62,647 bases of DNA, filler included, from 12 parts of 12 records of this genome joined end to end with filler, not necessarily neighbours in it; one strand, 5' to 3'. Positions 11,791 to 24,200 are shown, counted from the first letter of the whole stretch. Notes: generated from the letters alone by a model not told the origin. A program made the numbers and translations.

Positions 11791-12446
11791 ATGGGGAGCT
11801 GCAGAATCCTCTCACAGTATGGGAGAAATCACTGGGCCGTTGCCATTCAGTGCTCACCGGCGCTTATCTTGTCATATTCGCTCCGTCGCTCATTCGAGGC
11901 GTTAGCCGGATAGTGTGATCCTACCCTATACAACACGCAACAGGTACCGCACGAGCGGCGCGAATGAGATCACCACAGCCACATGATCGATGATGGATCA
12001 CCGCGCGAGCAGTCACGACGCGCGGTCGCGCAATTCCGCGCCGCGGCGGTCTCGCGCCCGCCGGACACGTTTAGATCTGCTGCTGCTGCTGTGGGACGCG
12101 CGACGACAGGCATCGCACTTGCTTGGAGCCGCGCCCGGCGGGATCGCGTGCGGCCCTGCGCGTGCAGAGGGCCTGGGCGGGAGCCAGCTGGCTGGGACCC
12201 CTGCCACGTGCCAGCGCTCGTGTCCGCACTACGTATTTTCTAATTTCGAGGGTCGCGCGCGCACGCACCGACCTACGCGGTGCACACGCGTGCGTCGGAG
12301 GAGGTGACCACAGGGGTCTGGCGGGAGCACATCGATGTAGTTGCTTGGTCGACGCACAGCAGAACTACTCGCGCAGGTCGGACGCTGCGGCGTGCCGTGC
12401 TCGTCGGCGCCAGGTGTCACACGTGCCCCACCCACGTACAGGGACG

Positions 12447-15398
12447 ATGGGCGGCGAGGTTGAGTCGGAAGGGGAGCCACCGATGAACGCGGACGACTGC
12501 AACCTAGAGGCGTCAGTGGTGTCTGACCAGGATGTCGTCGTTTGCGAGGGCGTCGATGCGACGGCCGATGGCTTTGGATTGGCTCCGAATCCGCTTCCGG
12601 GCACTCCGCCCGACCAGCGCGCTGCTCGCCTGGCGCTGATGACGGCAGTGCCACTGCATCCGCGAACGCCGATTCGCGCTGATGAGGGTGAAGACGAGCT
12701 GGCGCTGTGCATCGTATGCTATGAGCAACCCTGCGGCACTAGCCTGGATCCTTGTGGTCACGACCATTTTTGTCAAAACTGTGCTGCACAATTCCGCACC
12801 TGTCCGCTCTGCCGCGCCCCACTCGTGCCACGCGGTGCGCTTCCAGGCACAGAAGCCCGGCCATCCCTGCTCTCCTCATCGGAGACATGCAACCTCGCAT
12901 GGCTTGCTGCATTCGTGTATGGCATCATCTTCATCGGTGGTTACATCGAGAACAGCTACGACATCCCAGGTGGTGGCGGTGGGAACGATCCGGACGACCA
13001 ATGCGTGGAGTGTTTCGGCACTGGATGGGACAGAGGGGCGCGTGGTGGTCATGGCGGTGGCGGTGGCCGGTCAGACTGCCGGAACGCGTCGCTGCTCCAA
13101 GCAGGCGCTGGGTGCTATGCAGAGCTAGAGGATATCCCGTCCGTCCAAACTGGCGCCGCTCTGGGTGGCAACACGTACTTTGTGCTGATTATTATGACGC
13201 AGGTTCTCGGAATGGCATGCGAGGTGTTGCTGATCCGTCGGCTGCTGCGGCGCAACCTGCTACGTAAGCGCAGTGCAACATAATATTGCACCTACTGCTC
13301 CGTTAACACATGCATGGCATGTACCTGGGTTGGATGGGCTTGAGTTTCTGAACGACCATACGGTGCTTGTTTGAGTAGCACGCAAAGAGCTGTTCATCCT
13401 CTCCGTGGCCCTCTTCATTGAGGTCTCTCGCATGCTTCTCGTCGATATTTTCGTGCTACGCGACTACTTCTCAGGACGTAGCTACGGCATCTTCCGCGCC
13501 CCACTACCCTGCGACAGTGGAGATGGGTGGTGCACAGAAACTGGTCCGGCCAGCCCGGATGCACGCTACTTTTATGGCGTCAATGCAGACGCCTTCAGCG
13601 CAGATCCATCACGCTGTAAGTCCGGTGCATGGGTGCCTGCTCTAGCAATCTGTATGAGACTATCCGTATCGATGCCGCGCACCAGTTTTGACGTTCCAAT
13701 TCAATCCGCAGGCACAACGTTTGGCGCCGACTCCGCTTTGCTGGGTGCGCAACGGCATTGTCATCGTGCATTTTGTGAGATTCCATGTTTGAAATTCAAT
13801 CAACCTTCCAATTCGTTGTGTGAACAGACTACGACTACCACGGTACTTGGAACCGCCGAGGAGGACACCAGCGGTTCACCCGGATCGGCTGGGTAGTCGG
13901 CGGAGAGTTTGCATTGTATGCATCACTTTGTCTCTCTCCATCAATCAGGGCGTGCCGATCAGCAAACAAGGCAGTTCTCAGTTACTAACCTGAAGGTAAC
14001 TATGCATCAGATACTACTTCTTCGCGACGTTTATAAACGAAGTAGCTGACAACCTCTTTGTAGTCCCGACGACCACCTCTAATGGTTGGAAGTGCAAAGC
14101 GTTTTCTGTCGCACTTGAGATGTGAGTGTCGCCACTCGCCGTCCCAATTCGCAAGGCAGGCTGCGATCATGCGGTTGTGTTTGTCTAGTGTGCAAAACCA
14201 CTGATGCCTTCACCGTGTTGCCGCTACAGGTTTCAGCTTGGAGCACTGTGCCCAGCAGCAATATTCAACCACTGGGACTGTTTACACTACACCAATCCGC
14301 TCGGTAACTTTCAAAATCAGCATCAAGTGCGATCGACTCACACGATCCTTTGACAACCTAATTGCTGTTCGGTGGTGTCGTTCAGGCGTTTCATTGCACC
14401 TGATCCGGGCGGTCATAGTTGCGTTCGGTACGTCACAGCAGGGACCATCTTGTGTGTGGTGATTGAAATCAAATGCACAAGAATGGCACCATGTTGCGTT
14501 GCCTTATCGAAAGCTGACTGCAGCGTCACGGCGGTTGGGATCTGAAATCTGTCGAGCAGGCTATTCGATCTGGGGTCTGGCATTCACTTGCTTACCCTTG
14601 GCAATGGCCGGTGCGTTGGTTGTTGGCTTGCTCTACGTCATTTCGATGGGGGCGCTGCGACCACTGGAATGGTGCTGCGGGAATGGTTGCTTAAGGACAA
14701 CGGAGGTACGATTGCATGCGGCGAGGGACTCACTACTTGGGGCGACCAGCGACTCCTGTGGCTCAGTGATGTGCGTCGACACTGTTGTATGTATTGTATT
14801 CTGCCGATGCTCACGTAGCGTCTCTGTTAATTGAGAACCAGTCTGTCCTGCAATGCACCTGTTGAGTCCCTCTTGAAAGTTGCTGATGAAAAATATGTGA
14901 TGGTGCGTGTAGGTATCTTGCCTTCTTTCCTCTTTTTTTTGGAGGCATTTTTCTTGGGACTTTAGTCGTTGTAGGTCAAGGATCCAAAGAAGGAGCTATG
15001 CAAATACTCACAGCGGTTGTCTTATTGAGCGATGTGCTGTTTAAGGTGGGTCATACTGTAGCAGGGACCTCTTGAATCCTGGTTGTCAAGGCCCGCACAA
15101 TATTGTCGTATCTCGCCATAACTGTGCAATACTGTGCAAAACAGCAACGAGTTATGGCAATAATTATACTCGTTGCTGTTTTGCTTATCGGAGGCTGACT
15201 GCATTGGCATCTGAATTCGATCGCGAACAGGTTGGTGCGACCCTGATCACGGAAGGGTTTGAGTATGCGTTGCATCGTCGGGTTCAACGAGCTGCACAGG
15301 CACGCGAAGCCGCACCAGCTAGAGATGGCGACAGCGGCGCACCTACGAGGGGTAGCATTGGCGGGACGGTGGTACGAGACGATGCAGCGGCGCCATGA
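12447..15398 (+). CDS. RING-HC zinc finger plus multi-pass membrane protein (putative membrane E3 ligase), ~9 exons
   Basis: CIVCYEQPCGTSLDPCGHDHFCQNCAAQFRTCPLCR. Approximate exons 12447-13263, 13379-13616, 13828-13915, 14011-14121, 14230-14303, 14386-14427, 14560-14770, 14913-15045, 15231-15398 splice into one frame with several hydrophobic helices. Confidence 0.75.
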
Positions 15399-15761
15399 CT
15401 CTTATCAGTCTAGTAGTTGCGAGTCTCCGGGAGTAGGAGGAGCAGCCAGATCCCCGCCTAGCAGATGCAATGGCATAATCATTTCCAAACTGCATTCACC
15501 ACGCTGCCGAGGTAGCAACACCCGAAGTTCTCCTCGTGGTGTGGTGAGGCAAACACCTGTGCCGATCAGTCCTACGGTTTGGCGCAGTCCAGCTCTCATT
15601 CATCTCGTCATCTACCGCCGCTCGTAGCCTACTATGCTAGTATTGTATCTATCGCGCCACTATGAATCGTACTGGCGCCAGATAGACCGCATGGGATCAC
15701 TGCAACGCTGATACCGTGTCTTGTATCGGTTGGTGTCGATGGGGCCGGGATGACCGCGTGA

Positions 15762-15861
15762 NNNNNNNNNNNNNNNNNNNNNNNNNNNNNNNNNNNNNNN
15801 NNNNNTTAATTAATTAANNNNNNNNNNNNNNNNNNNNNNNNNNNNNNNNNNNNNNNNNNNN
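15762..15861. other. Artificial contig linker
   Basis: N44-TTAATTAATTAA-N44. Confidence 0.99.
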
Positions 15862-15886
15862 AGCAGCAGCAGCAGCAGCAGCAGCA
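15862..15886. repeat. (AGC)n microsatellite at contig end
   Basis: About 8 AGC units. Confidence 0.95.
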
Positions 15887-16532
15887 CGACAGCGCTAATG
15901 TGGTATGCGCGTGCAGCTGCCGCCGCTTGATAGGCGACCGGCGTGCGTGGCCCCGGCCGCCGACGGCGCATACCGATCTCGCGCATACATCGAATGGACG
16001 AATGCACACCGGTTGCATGTACTGACGTTTTATATGTAGAATCTATCAAGATTGTGGGGCGCTTGCTACGTTTCAACGTGTGGTCTCGCTACATGTATCG
16101 CGAATTCTGCGAATGAGATCTCCGCGGATGACCGGATCGGATCCGAAGAATGTGACGGCGGCCCAGGTTGCTCTTGCTTGGATCGGTTAGAAGAACCCTG
16201 AGTCAGCGCATGGTGGGCAGCATGTTGGGTTCGTAACGAAATCTTCCAACCCTACATATCTAGCTGAGGCTCTTGGTATATGGTCTTGGGATGGTGGATT
16301 CATACTCCTTGCGACACTCTCTGCTGCTGATCGTTGCGCGTTAGATCACCTGACAGCGACCTCATTGCAGTGCAAAGAGGAAGCATCGCAGTGCAAAGAG
16401 GAAGCACTGAGGGCTCGCTGCCACTGAGCAGTAGGAGGGACAATGAGGTATAGCAATGAAGAGGGAAAGCATCAAGGGTGATCCTTTTTTCGCGTTTTAC
16501 AGCGATCCTTCATCCATACTGACACCTCAACC

Positions 16533-17695
16533 TCAAAGTCTCACTGTGGCGAACGAGATAGTTTCGTAGGTCGACTTGTGGCCGGCCTCGAGTAGAATGC
16601 CCACAGTTTTGGGGTTACCGAGTGATACCAGTTGTGAGTAGCCCGAAGGCCCACGCCACACGAGTGTACCTTGGCTCCATGACTTGCCTTGATCTGAAGA
16701 CGATTTGACAGTGACGTGGGTGCGACCCGAGGTAGTGTTGGCGTTGGAAGTATGCAACACTCCCATTTGGTTGATCAACGATCCCTGGCAGCCCGGGTCA
16801 ATGAGCTCCTTTGGGTAGACGGCTGGCTTGAGTAGCGTACCATCGGCGGCCCACTCGAGCTGAGCACGGTTGTGCGTGCCGGTTCGGCAGTTCATGATGA
16901 TTTCGCCATCCTGTGTCACATTAGCCAGATCACAACGTTATCAAATTAGTGGTTAACACTTGGACGGGCCGCAGCCCAACGCTACTGCTGTGGAGCACAC
17001 ACCTGTGGTGAGATCTTGAACGCTATGGAACACTCAGATCCAGCTCCCTGTGTAGCATTTGAAGCGGTCCAGCTTTTACCGTAGTCCTTCGACCAGTACA
17101 GCCAGCCACCCTTGCCCTCGACTGCACCGGCACCCCGTGTGCTAAAGTAAATCGTGTGATCCGTGGCTTGGATTCCGACTGAGGGCCCGACAAGTCCACC
17201 CACGTTCTTTTGTGGTGGATACGCGATAACTTCGTCGTTCACCCAGCTTAGACCGTCGTCAAAGGACCAGATTTGACGGTCGAGGCCGTGATCGTCACCG
17301 TGAGGGTTGTTCATAGTATCATAGTGCATCAAAATCGCCTTCTTTCCATCGGCCAATGTCACCTCAACAGGGTTGGGATTCGAGATTGCGGCGGGGCAAC
17401 CAGGGCACGGCACTGTGCCCGCGACCACCGTGCTCATCGGGCCCCAAGTCTTACCTCCGTCGGACGAGCGCCGCAAGACGAGCGCGTGATGTTTGCCGTT
17501 GTCGCCACAGTCAGTCATCCGATTCTCAGCGAACGCGAGCAGCGTCCCTGTGTCCGTCTTGATTATTGACGGGATGCGAAAGCAGGCCGAGCCGTTGAGC
17601 CCGGAGTAAAACACAGCAGTGCAGCCAGGGCAAGGTCCCGGCTCGGCCGCAGCAAGCGTGCTAAGCACAGCTACACCGAGCACCGACGCGAGCAT
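16533..17695 (-). CDS. Secreted sialidase/neuraminidase (GH33, BNR repeats); exons 17695-17003 and 16910-16533
   Basis: Signal peptide MLASVLGVAVLSTLAAA; FRIP motif; four Asp-boxes (SSDGGKTW, SFDDGLSW, SKDYGKSW, SSDQGKSW); SEC glutamate and GYS tyrosine; 92-nt phase-0 intron. Confidence 0.92.
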
Positions 17696-18249
17696 GGCAA
17701 AGAGGGGCACGCGAAGCAGTTGCTGATGGAGTCGGACGCGCTCCGTCCGTCCGTCACCGGCGCGCGTGCGCCCCGCGCGCGCACCGGCGCGGCGACATAT
17801 ATATATGCTTTTTTTTCCGCGCGCGCGCGGGGAGCCTCACGAATTATCGCGCGCGCGCCGGCGCCGCCAGCCCTCGCGCTCGCGCCGTCACGCACTGCGT
17901 GGCACGCAGCTGGCTGGCAGCGAGTGCTCGGCACGCAAGTTGTGGCTCTGCGCTGATGGGGCTGGGGCTGCTCCACCGTGCACTGGCAGTGGGCGGTATG
18001 GGGAGGTGCAGTCACAGATAATGTGTACTGTGCCTACGTGATTATACGCCAGGCCGACTTCTGCAAGATCTTTCTGCCTTTCTCTTCCAGTACTAGGAGT
18101 GATGATCTGTCACATTGTGATGGCGAATATGCAAGGTGGCGTGTACTGAATCGTGTACGCTGTGGGGTACTTGGTACGTGTTTACTTGACAGCAGGGTGC
18201 TGTCAAGGGACGACCTTCGTTCGCGCCGGCGAGGCACCCACGCGTTGAG
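17696..18249. promoter_or_regulatory. Bidirectional promoter between sialidase and J-domain gene
   Basis: Divergent starts; TATA-like palindrome CATATATATATG (~17796-17807) and a T-tract flanked by CGCGCG runs. Confidence 0.55.
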
Positions 18250-19403
18250 ATGTGCTGTGCGTTGGTGCTGCTGCTGGTGCTGCTGCACTTGCTGCATCAA
18301 CCGGCGCACTGCACTGATACTGCCGGCGCACATTTTGGTGGCGAGGATAAGCCGGGCGAGACGGCGCGGACAGACTGCGACGCTGGGTCGGACAAGGCAT
18401 CCGATTGCAGCGCCCCGGGAGACGGCGGCGAGTTCAATCCCTATTCGATCATCGGTGTGCCTTCGGATGCATCTGAGGAGACGATAATCAAGGCCTACCG
18501 AAAGCTTGCTAGACGATGGCACCCCGACAAGAACCGTGACTCCGAGGAAGCCGAGAGTGTGTTTGCGACCATTGCACAAGCATACGATGTTCTGACCGAC
18601 ACAGAGAAGCGCGAAATCTACGACCGGCTGGGTGAGCGAGGTTTAGAACGACTGCGAGACGGGGATCCGTCTGTGAAAAAAAGACTGGCTTCCACCTGAC
18701 GAAGTACTGCGGCGGCTTCACAACGACGGCAAGGAGCCGTGGCACCGTAAGTTCCGCGTAGACTTGAGAACTCTTTCCAGGCGCTGACTTACCTGTGCGT
18801 GGGTGTTGCGCCTACAGAGTGGCTGGTTACATCTACGTTTGCGTCGCTGTCGAGTCTGATTGTACCTGCCCGCGATAAGCTGCGTTGGCTTCCGATCTTT
18901 CTTGGAATCGACACCGAATTTCCATGGGTCCGAATCACCGCGACTGATTCTGCTGGGCAACCCCTTGCCTCAGGAGCGACAACCAGCGCTAGGGTTACTT
19001 TCAAATTGCAGCTCTCAGGCAAGTGACATGCGCGCGCACGTCTTCAATCTCTAGCCGTGTCTTCTGCCTGGTTGTTCGCTGCACTAAAACAGAGCGCGGC
19101 CAGGCAAGAGCATAAATTTTATTGAAGCTGACGTCAACCACAACTGTCCGGAAGGTTCGCGGTTCCTCGGGATGAAAACTACCTACTATCTTGAATGCGC
19201 GCACTCTCAGGTGAGTAATGTTGACCGGTAAATTCAATTAACGCATTCCATGAAAACGCACCCTGAACGTAAGCGCCTGCAATTATGGTGTGTTGATGCA
19301 GGGTCTGAGCGTTGCTGTTAGCGTGGACGCGGAGGCGTTTACAATTGCAGGAAACCGCGAATACAACGAGGCGTCTGAAGTCTTTGCTATAGACATGGAA
19401 TGA
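18250..19403 (+). CDS. Signal-peptide J-domain (DnaJ-type) protein with C-terminal Ig-like domain; 4 exons, apparent +1 frameshift at A7 18676-18682
   Basis: MCCALVLLLVLLHLL signal; NPYSIIGV...IIKAYRKLARRWHPDKN...AYDVLTD.EKREIYD; downstream exons 18818-19018, 19104-19210 and 19302-19403 join in frame only if one A is removed. Confidence 0.8.
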
Positions 19404-19631
19404 TGGTCCCGCGCATCTACGGTCACAAAAGGGTTGTCAAGACCCTGTCAAGACACAGGAGAAAGAGGCGAAGAAGGGAGCGAGAGGGATAGACAGACAG
19501 ACTCATCACCTGTGGCTCCTCTGGCCTTCGGCTAGCCTTACGATGGGCGACAATAGTACCGTAGCGAGTACGTATTCTCACCACCAAGAAACTTGATTTT
19601 GTGGGGCTAGCTCAACCCTCAGCCAATGTAG

Positions 19632-19994
19632 ATGACTGTCGACGCGCGCGATTTTGCCAAGGTCGGCCAGCCAGAACACTTTCCGGCTGAACTTACTGCT
19701 ATGCTTACGGAGCGAGAGTTGGGAGATATGTTCGCAACAGCAGTCAAGCGGTATAAGCAGGCGCAGAGGTGTGATATGCTCAGGTGTGCCACAGCCGGCA
19801 GAGCCTCCATTGAGCGAACGTTCTCGGCAAGACAGAAGGCAAGACAGGTTGCCAAATGCACCATGCATTATGCTCTACCTGCTGGTTGTGGTCAGACTGG
19901 TTGTCCGGTTGACATTCTGACATTGCTAGTACAGCATAGTACGTTGAGTCTGACCGCAGCACCATATGCGTCATTGGGTCAAGCTTCTATCTAG
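19632..19994 (+). CDS. Possible small hypothetical protein
   Basis: ATG-initiated 120-aa ORF with plausible composition in an intergenic gap; no recognisable motif. Confidence 0.25.
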   Translation: MTVDARDFAKVGQPEHFPAELTAMLTERELGDMFATAVKRYKQAQRCDMLRCATAGRASIERTFSARQKARQVAKCTMHYALPAGCGQTGCPVDILTLLVQHSTLSLTAAPYASLGQASI

Positions 19995-20123
19995 AATGGG
20001 GATTCCTCGTAGACCGTAAAAGTGGGTAACCTGTTCATTTCGCTTGAGACGATCTTGCATTCATGCATAATTATACATCAGTATGCATGTAACCTGGATT
20101 CCCTACTTTGTGTTTGGGATACT

Positions 20124-21070
20124 TCAAAGCTCCACGAACCAGTCGGACAGTACCTCGACTGGCGACGCGGTCGAAGTGGCTTCCTCGACTGTCAAGAACG
20201 GCCGGCCAAGAGCCATTCCTGGGGGGAGCACGAACTGCTCGGTGCAGGCATCGGCACTAACGCACTCGCCGGTGACGTCGTCCCACATGAGGGCATTCGG
20301 GCACTGGAACGCGGCGTTGCACATGGCGTTGCAAATCATCGCTGGGGGCTGTCCGCAGATGGCTGGGCAGCTGGTGCCACAGTCGTGCCACACCTGACCA
20401 CCGCAGTCCGTGCCCTGTGTGCAGGCAGGTGCACGATCCGCACAGCATGGTGGGTCCGGGGCAAAGCAAGCTGCGCCTGCGGGGCAGCAACCGTTGCACT
20501 CTTCAACTGGTACGGTGGCGGCGCTGCCTGAGCATACAGAACCGAAGCTGCTCAGCAGCTGGAGCAGGTCATTGACATCGACGACGCCGTCGCCGTTGAC
20601 GTCGGCTCCGTCCGTGCCGTCGCCACCGAAGCTGCAGAGCACGACCCAGGCCGAAGGCGACCCATGTTTTCAGCGACAGCAAGCAAAGAAATAGGCTCGT
20701 GGCAAGGCTCCGCGCTTACCCAGAGAGCATGGAAAGGAGGTCGTTCACATCGACAGTGGCATCGCCGTTGATGTCTTCCGAGCAGGAGCTTCCGCCCACA
20801 ACCATCTCTGCCACGGACACCGCGCCATGAGCATCCGCGTGGACAGCTCGAATAGTGTAGGTCGACGCATCGTCCGGAAGGTTGAAGGTTACGGACTGGC
20901 CCGCGCGGACCCAGGAGCGGGTGCCAGAGCATCCCGTCTGCGCCCCAGCGGCGAACGTGCCGACGGACGCCTCGAAAAGCACCTCGCCACTCGCGCCAGG
21001 CAGAGAGATCTGCGGAGGAAAGCTCTCCGCCATCGTGATGGTGTGCGGGCTGGCGGTCGCCGTGGCCTGC
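20124..21070 (-). CDS. Modular protein (5'-truncated): beta-rich reeler-like segment, dockerin-like double Ca2+ loop, TIL domain; intron 20632-20719
   Basis: EDINGDATVDVNDLLSMLSGFG / ADVNGDGVVDVNDLLQLLSSFG; CGGQVWHDCGTSCPAICG...ICNAMCNAAFQCP...GECVSADAC (TIL spacing); GTAAGC donor and CTGCAG acceptor in phase 2. Confidence 0.78.
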
Positions 21071-21142
21071 ACACAGCACACGGCTGAGCCCCCAAGAACA
21101 GAGAGGGTGGGACCACGCAGTGTAGACGCGTCTACACTGCGT

Positions 21143-21242
21143 NNNNNNNNNNNNNNNNNNNNNNNNNNNNNNNNNNNNNNNNNNNNTTAATTAATTAANN
21201 NNNNNNNNNNNNNNNNNNNNNNNNNNNNNNNNNNNNNNNNNN
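21143..21242. other. Artificial contig linker
   Basis: N44-TTAATTAATTAA-N44. Confidence 0.99.
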
Positions 21243-24200
21243 AGGAGGAGGCGGAGGAGGCGGAGGAGGAGGCGGCGGGGGAGGCTGGGGAGGGGGACCG
21301 GAGCTACGAGGACGCGCTGGAGGCCATTCTGCACAGCGAAGAGGGTGGCGTGGAAGAGGTACGCGACGCGTTCGCCGCCTGCCTGGCTGGGCCTGGTGGT
21401 GCGGCTACCAACGCGAGCGAGCACCAGCCGCAACGCTCTATTCCTTGACGCGCTGCGGTGGTGCGGTCTGTACTGCTGGTTGCAGTCCTCGTCATCGGAG
21501 AGCGGCCTGCCCGCCGAGCACAAGGTGAGCATCTTTCCGCACGGCTTCGCGTTGTCACGTGTTGTGCAATGCGTGCCTTCGCCTTTCTGTCTCTGGGCTG
21601 CCGGGCGGTGCGGGGTTTGATCGTGTGCTGCGGTGTTTGTGCTGGGTAGCCCTCGGTGCGGGTCGCGGCGGTCTCCTTCAAGGGCGCGTTTGTCCCCTCC
21701 TCGTCGGAGGACGAGCTCTCCGACGACGGTGGGGACGCAGCACCCGCTGGTGGCGATATCGATGGCGCTCCCTGGCCAGGAACGCCGTTTCGCATCCGGC
21801 AGGAGCGCGCGCGCTCTGCCGGCAGCGGCGAGGGTGGCAGCCTGAGCATCGGGACGGGCACGGAGACCACGCTGTTCCTCTACTGGCTGCTCCAGATGGC
21901 GCCGTGGTGGCGCCACGCGGTCGGGGAGTTCGTCGAGAGCGCGAGGCCGCGGGAGGACGACGGGTACCGGCACACAGTGATCATCGTTGGGTTTCCGCTG
22001 GGCTTCCTGCTGGGCAGCAGCGCGCTCGTTGTCCTGGCGGGCAGGTCTGCAAGCGGCGGCATGGGCGTGGTGGCCTCGGGCGCCTCGCTGGGCGTCGCCA
22101 TTGTGGTGGCGTGTGGAGGGGTCTGCCTGTTCTGGCAGAAAAGAGAGGTATGGGACCCGTTCTGGACGGCGTTCGTGGCGTGGTTCGCCTGCGCGGCAGC
22201 GCTGCTGGTATTGCCAGCGGCGATCCTGATGAGCGGCGCAGAATCGATGGGCCTCCTTGCTGCGCTGTTTTTTCTCCTGGAGGTCTGGCTGGTCGGGTGG
22301 TTCCTTCTGTGGTATCGCGCTCCGTCCCTTGGGTGGGTCGCAGAGCGCCAGCACCTAGCGACCGTGCCGTCGGCGGGAGGCATTGGCCTGAAGCTCAAGC
22401 CGCTCACAGTGGCGATAGAGTGCTTCAACTACGCAGGCTGTGCTTTCATGCCGGCTGTGCCATGGCAGGCTGTGACTGAGCCGCTTGGATTGCCGTCCCT
22501 CTCGTCGATCATGCTTGCAGGGTTTTTTGAGCAAGCTGTGCCAGACTCCATCGGCAACTCCGAGGCTGATGCGACGTTAGGGCTCATGTACTGGACCTTT
22601 CTGGCAGCCTTGGTAGTAGTGCCGGTGGCATTTGCGCTGCTGTTTTGGACCTGGGCGGACAAGGCGCAGAATCTTGTCGTCATCCTTGTCTGCTTTGACC
22701 TCCTCACTTTTCCCTTGATAAAGCGGCTCACAAGTGTGCTTGCGTGCACGTCCGACTCAATCTGGGTCTTCAAAGCATCTTCAGGAAGCAGCATGATCTC
22801 GAATACAGCAGCTTTGGCGGACTGGTCGTTCTCTGCTGACGAGCAGCAATGCTGTGGTGGCGGCGTGATCAATTACAGCTGTGCAGTGGCAGACTACTGC
22901 ACGCCAGAGCGGCGGCTGAGTAGTTTAGCTCGCTCATTTTGTCAACTGGATACCGAGCTCGAGCTCGACGCGGACGGGGAACGATTCTGCATGAACAATG
23001 ATCCGACCACATTGTGCTGGGAGCAGACGCACCTGCAGTACGTGCTCCTTTCGGCGTGCCTGCTCGTCCCGTACTACTTCGCTACGCTGGCGCTGCAGTC
23101 GTTGGTTCAAGCCCAGCAGTCTGTGGTCGTTGTGGATGGCAGCTGGACCTTCCTCGGAACGCAGTCCAGGTTCTTCCTCGCCGTGATAGCATCAGCATTT
23201 GGCAACTGCTATCCGATCGTGATGGTGTCCTGCATCGCAGCGGTGATGCTAGTACAGTTGCTGTTGATCGGCGTGACATACAGCAGCGTGCTCACGATCA
23301 ACTCCGTACGCGTCGGTGGGCTGCTCTGCGGCCTCTTCAATGCCGTCGCAGCTGCTTTCGTCCTGTTTCGGATTGGCCATCCCGCAGGAGAATCAACATG
23401 CTCGACTGCTGCGGACCTACTAGCAGCTGTGGTAGAGGCTTCTGCTCGCGCCACAGCAGAGCAACAGCAGCATAATCTACAGGAGGATTGGGCGCCGTTG
23501 ATAGTGGCGATGAGCTTGAACATTCTAGCGATACTGCTTGGGCTGCTGTGGCTGTATTGGAAGCACTCGAAATGGAGCGAAAGTGCTAAAAGTCACTCCT
23601 GGTCGTCGATCAACGGCGAAGTTGCGCTTGAGACCGATTATCCTATCCTCGCCAACCGACTCAAGTCTTTGCAGAAGCTGGTCAGCGCCGAGATCGATCG
23701 TTCTGATGCTCAGTCTGAATCTGGCCAGCAACAGCAGCGGGACGAAGGCCTCGGTGACACTAAAGTTATTAAGCGTATTGCTCTCGACCACGGTATGTAT
23801 TATGAACGACCAACACAAGACTTAAAAGACGGCCGCCATGATGATGTAGAAACAGCGGCAGCGATGACCAATGAAGGTGGTGGTGCTGCAGCCGCGAATG
23901 GCAATGGCTGGCTGCTGGACGTGTATCTTCGGGAAGAAAACGATCAGCAGCTCGAGCGTGCCACTTTAGAGATGGTCGTCAGTAATGAGCTGCTCAGTTT
24001 CCCCCTGGGACTGAACTTGAGGGATCTGGACCTCACGGCACCATCTGGAATGATGGTGCTCCACTTTCTTGGCCGGTATGGTGCTGACAGCCGGTTCGGC
24101 GCCTTGTCAAGAAAGAGCTTTCCGCCAGGACGGATCGCAAGCATCCAAGCGACAAATCTTGGAACAGCGGAGACAGCACTCAAGTTTTCTACGCAGTTTC

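Noticed and set aside
16367-16406. 19-bp direct repeat GCAGTGCAAAGAGGAAGCA, and a 16-bp tandem repeat at ~5640-5678
   Set aside because: Simple local duplications downstream of genes with no further structure.
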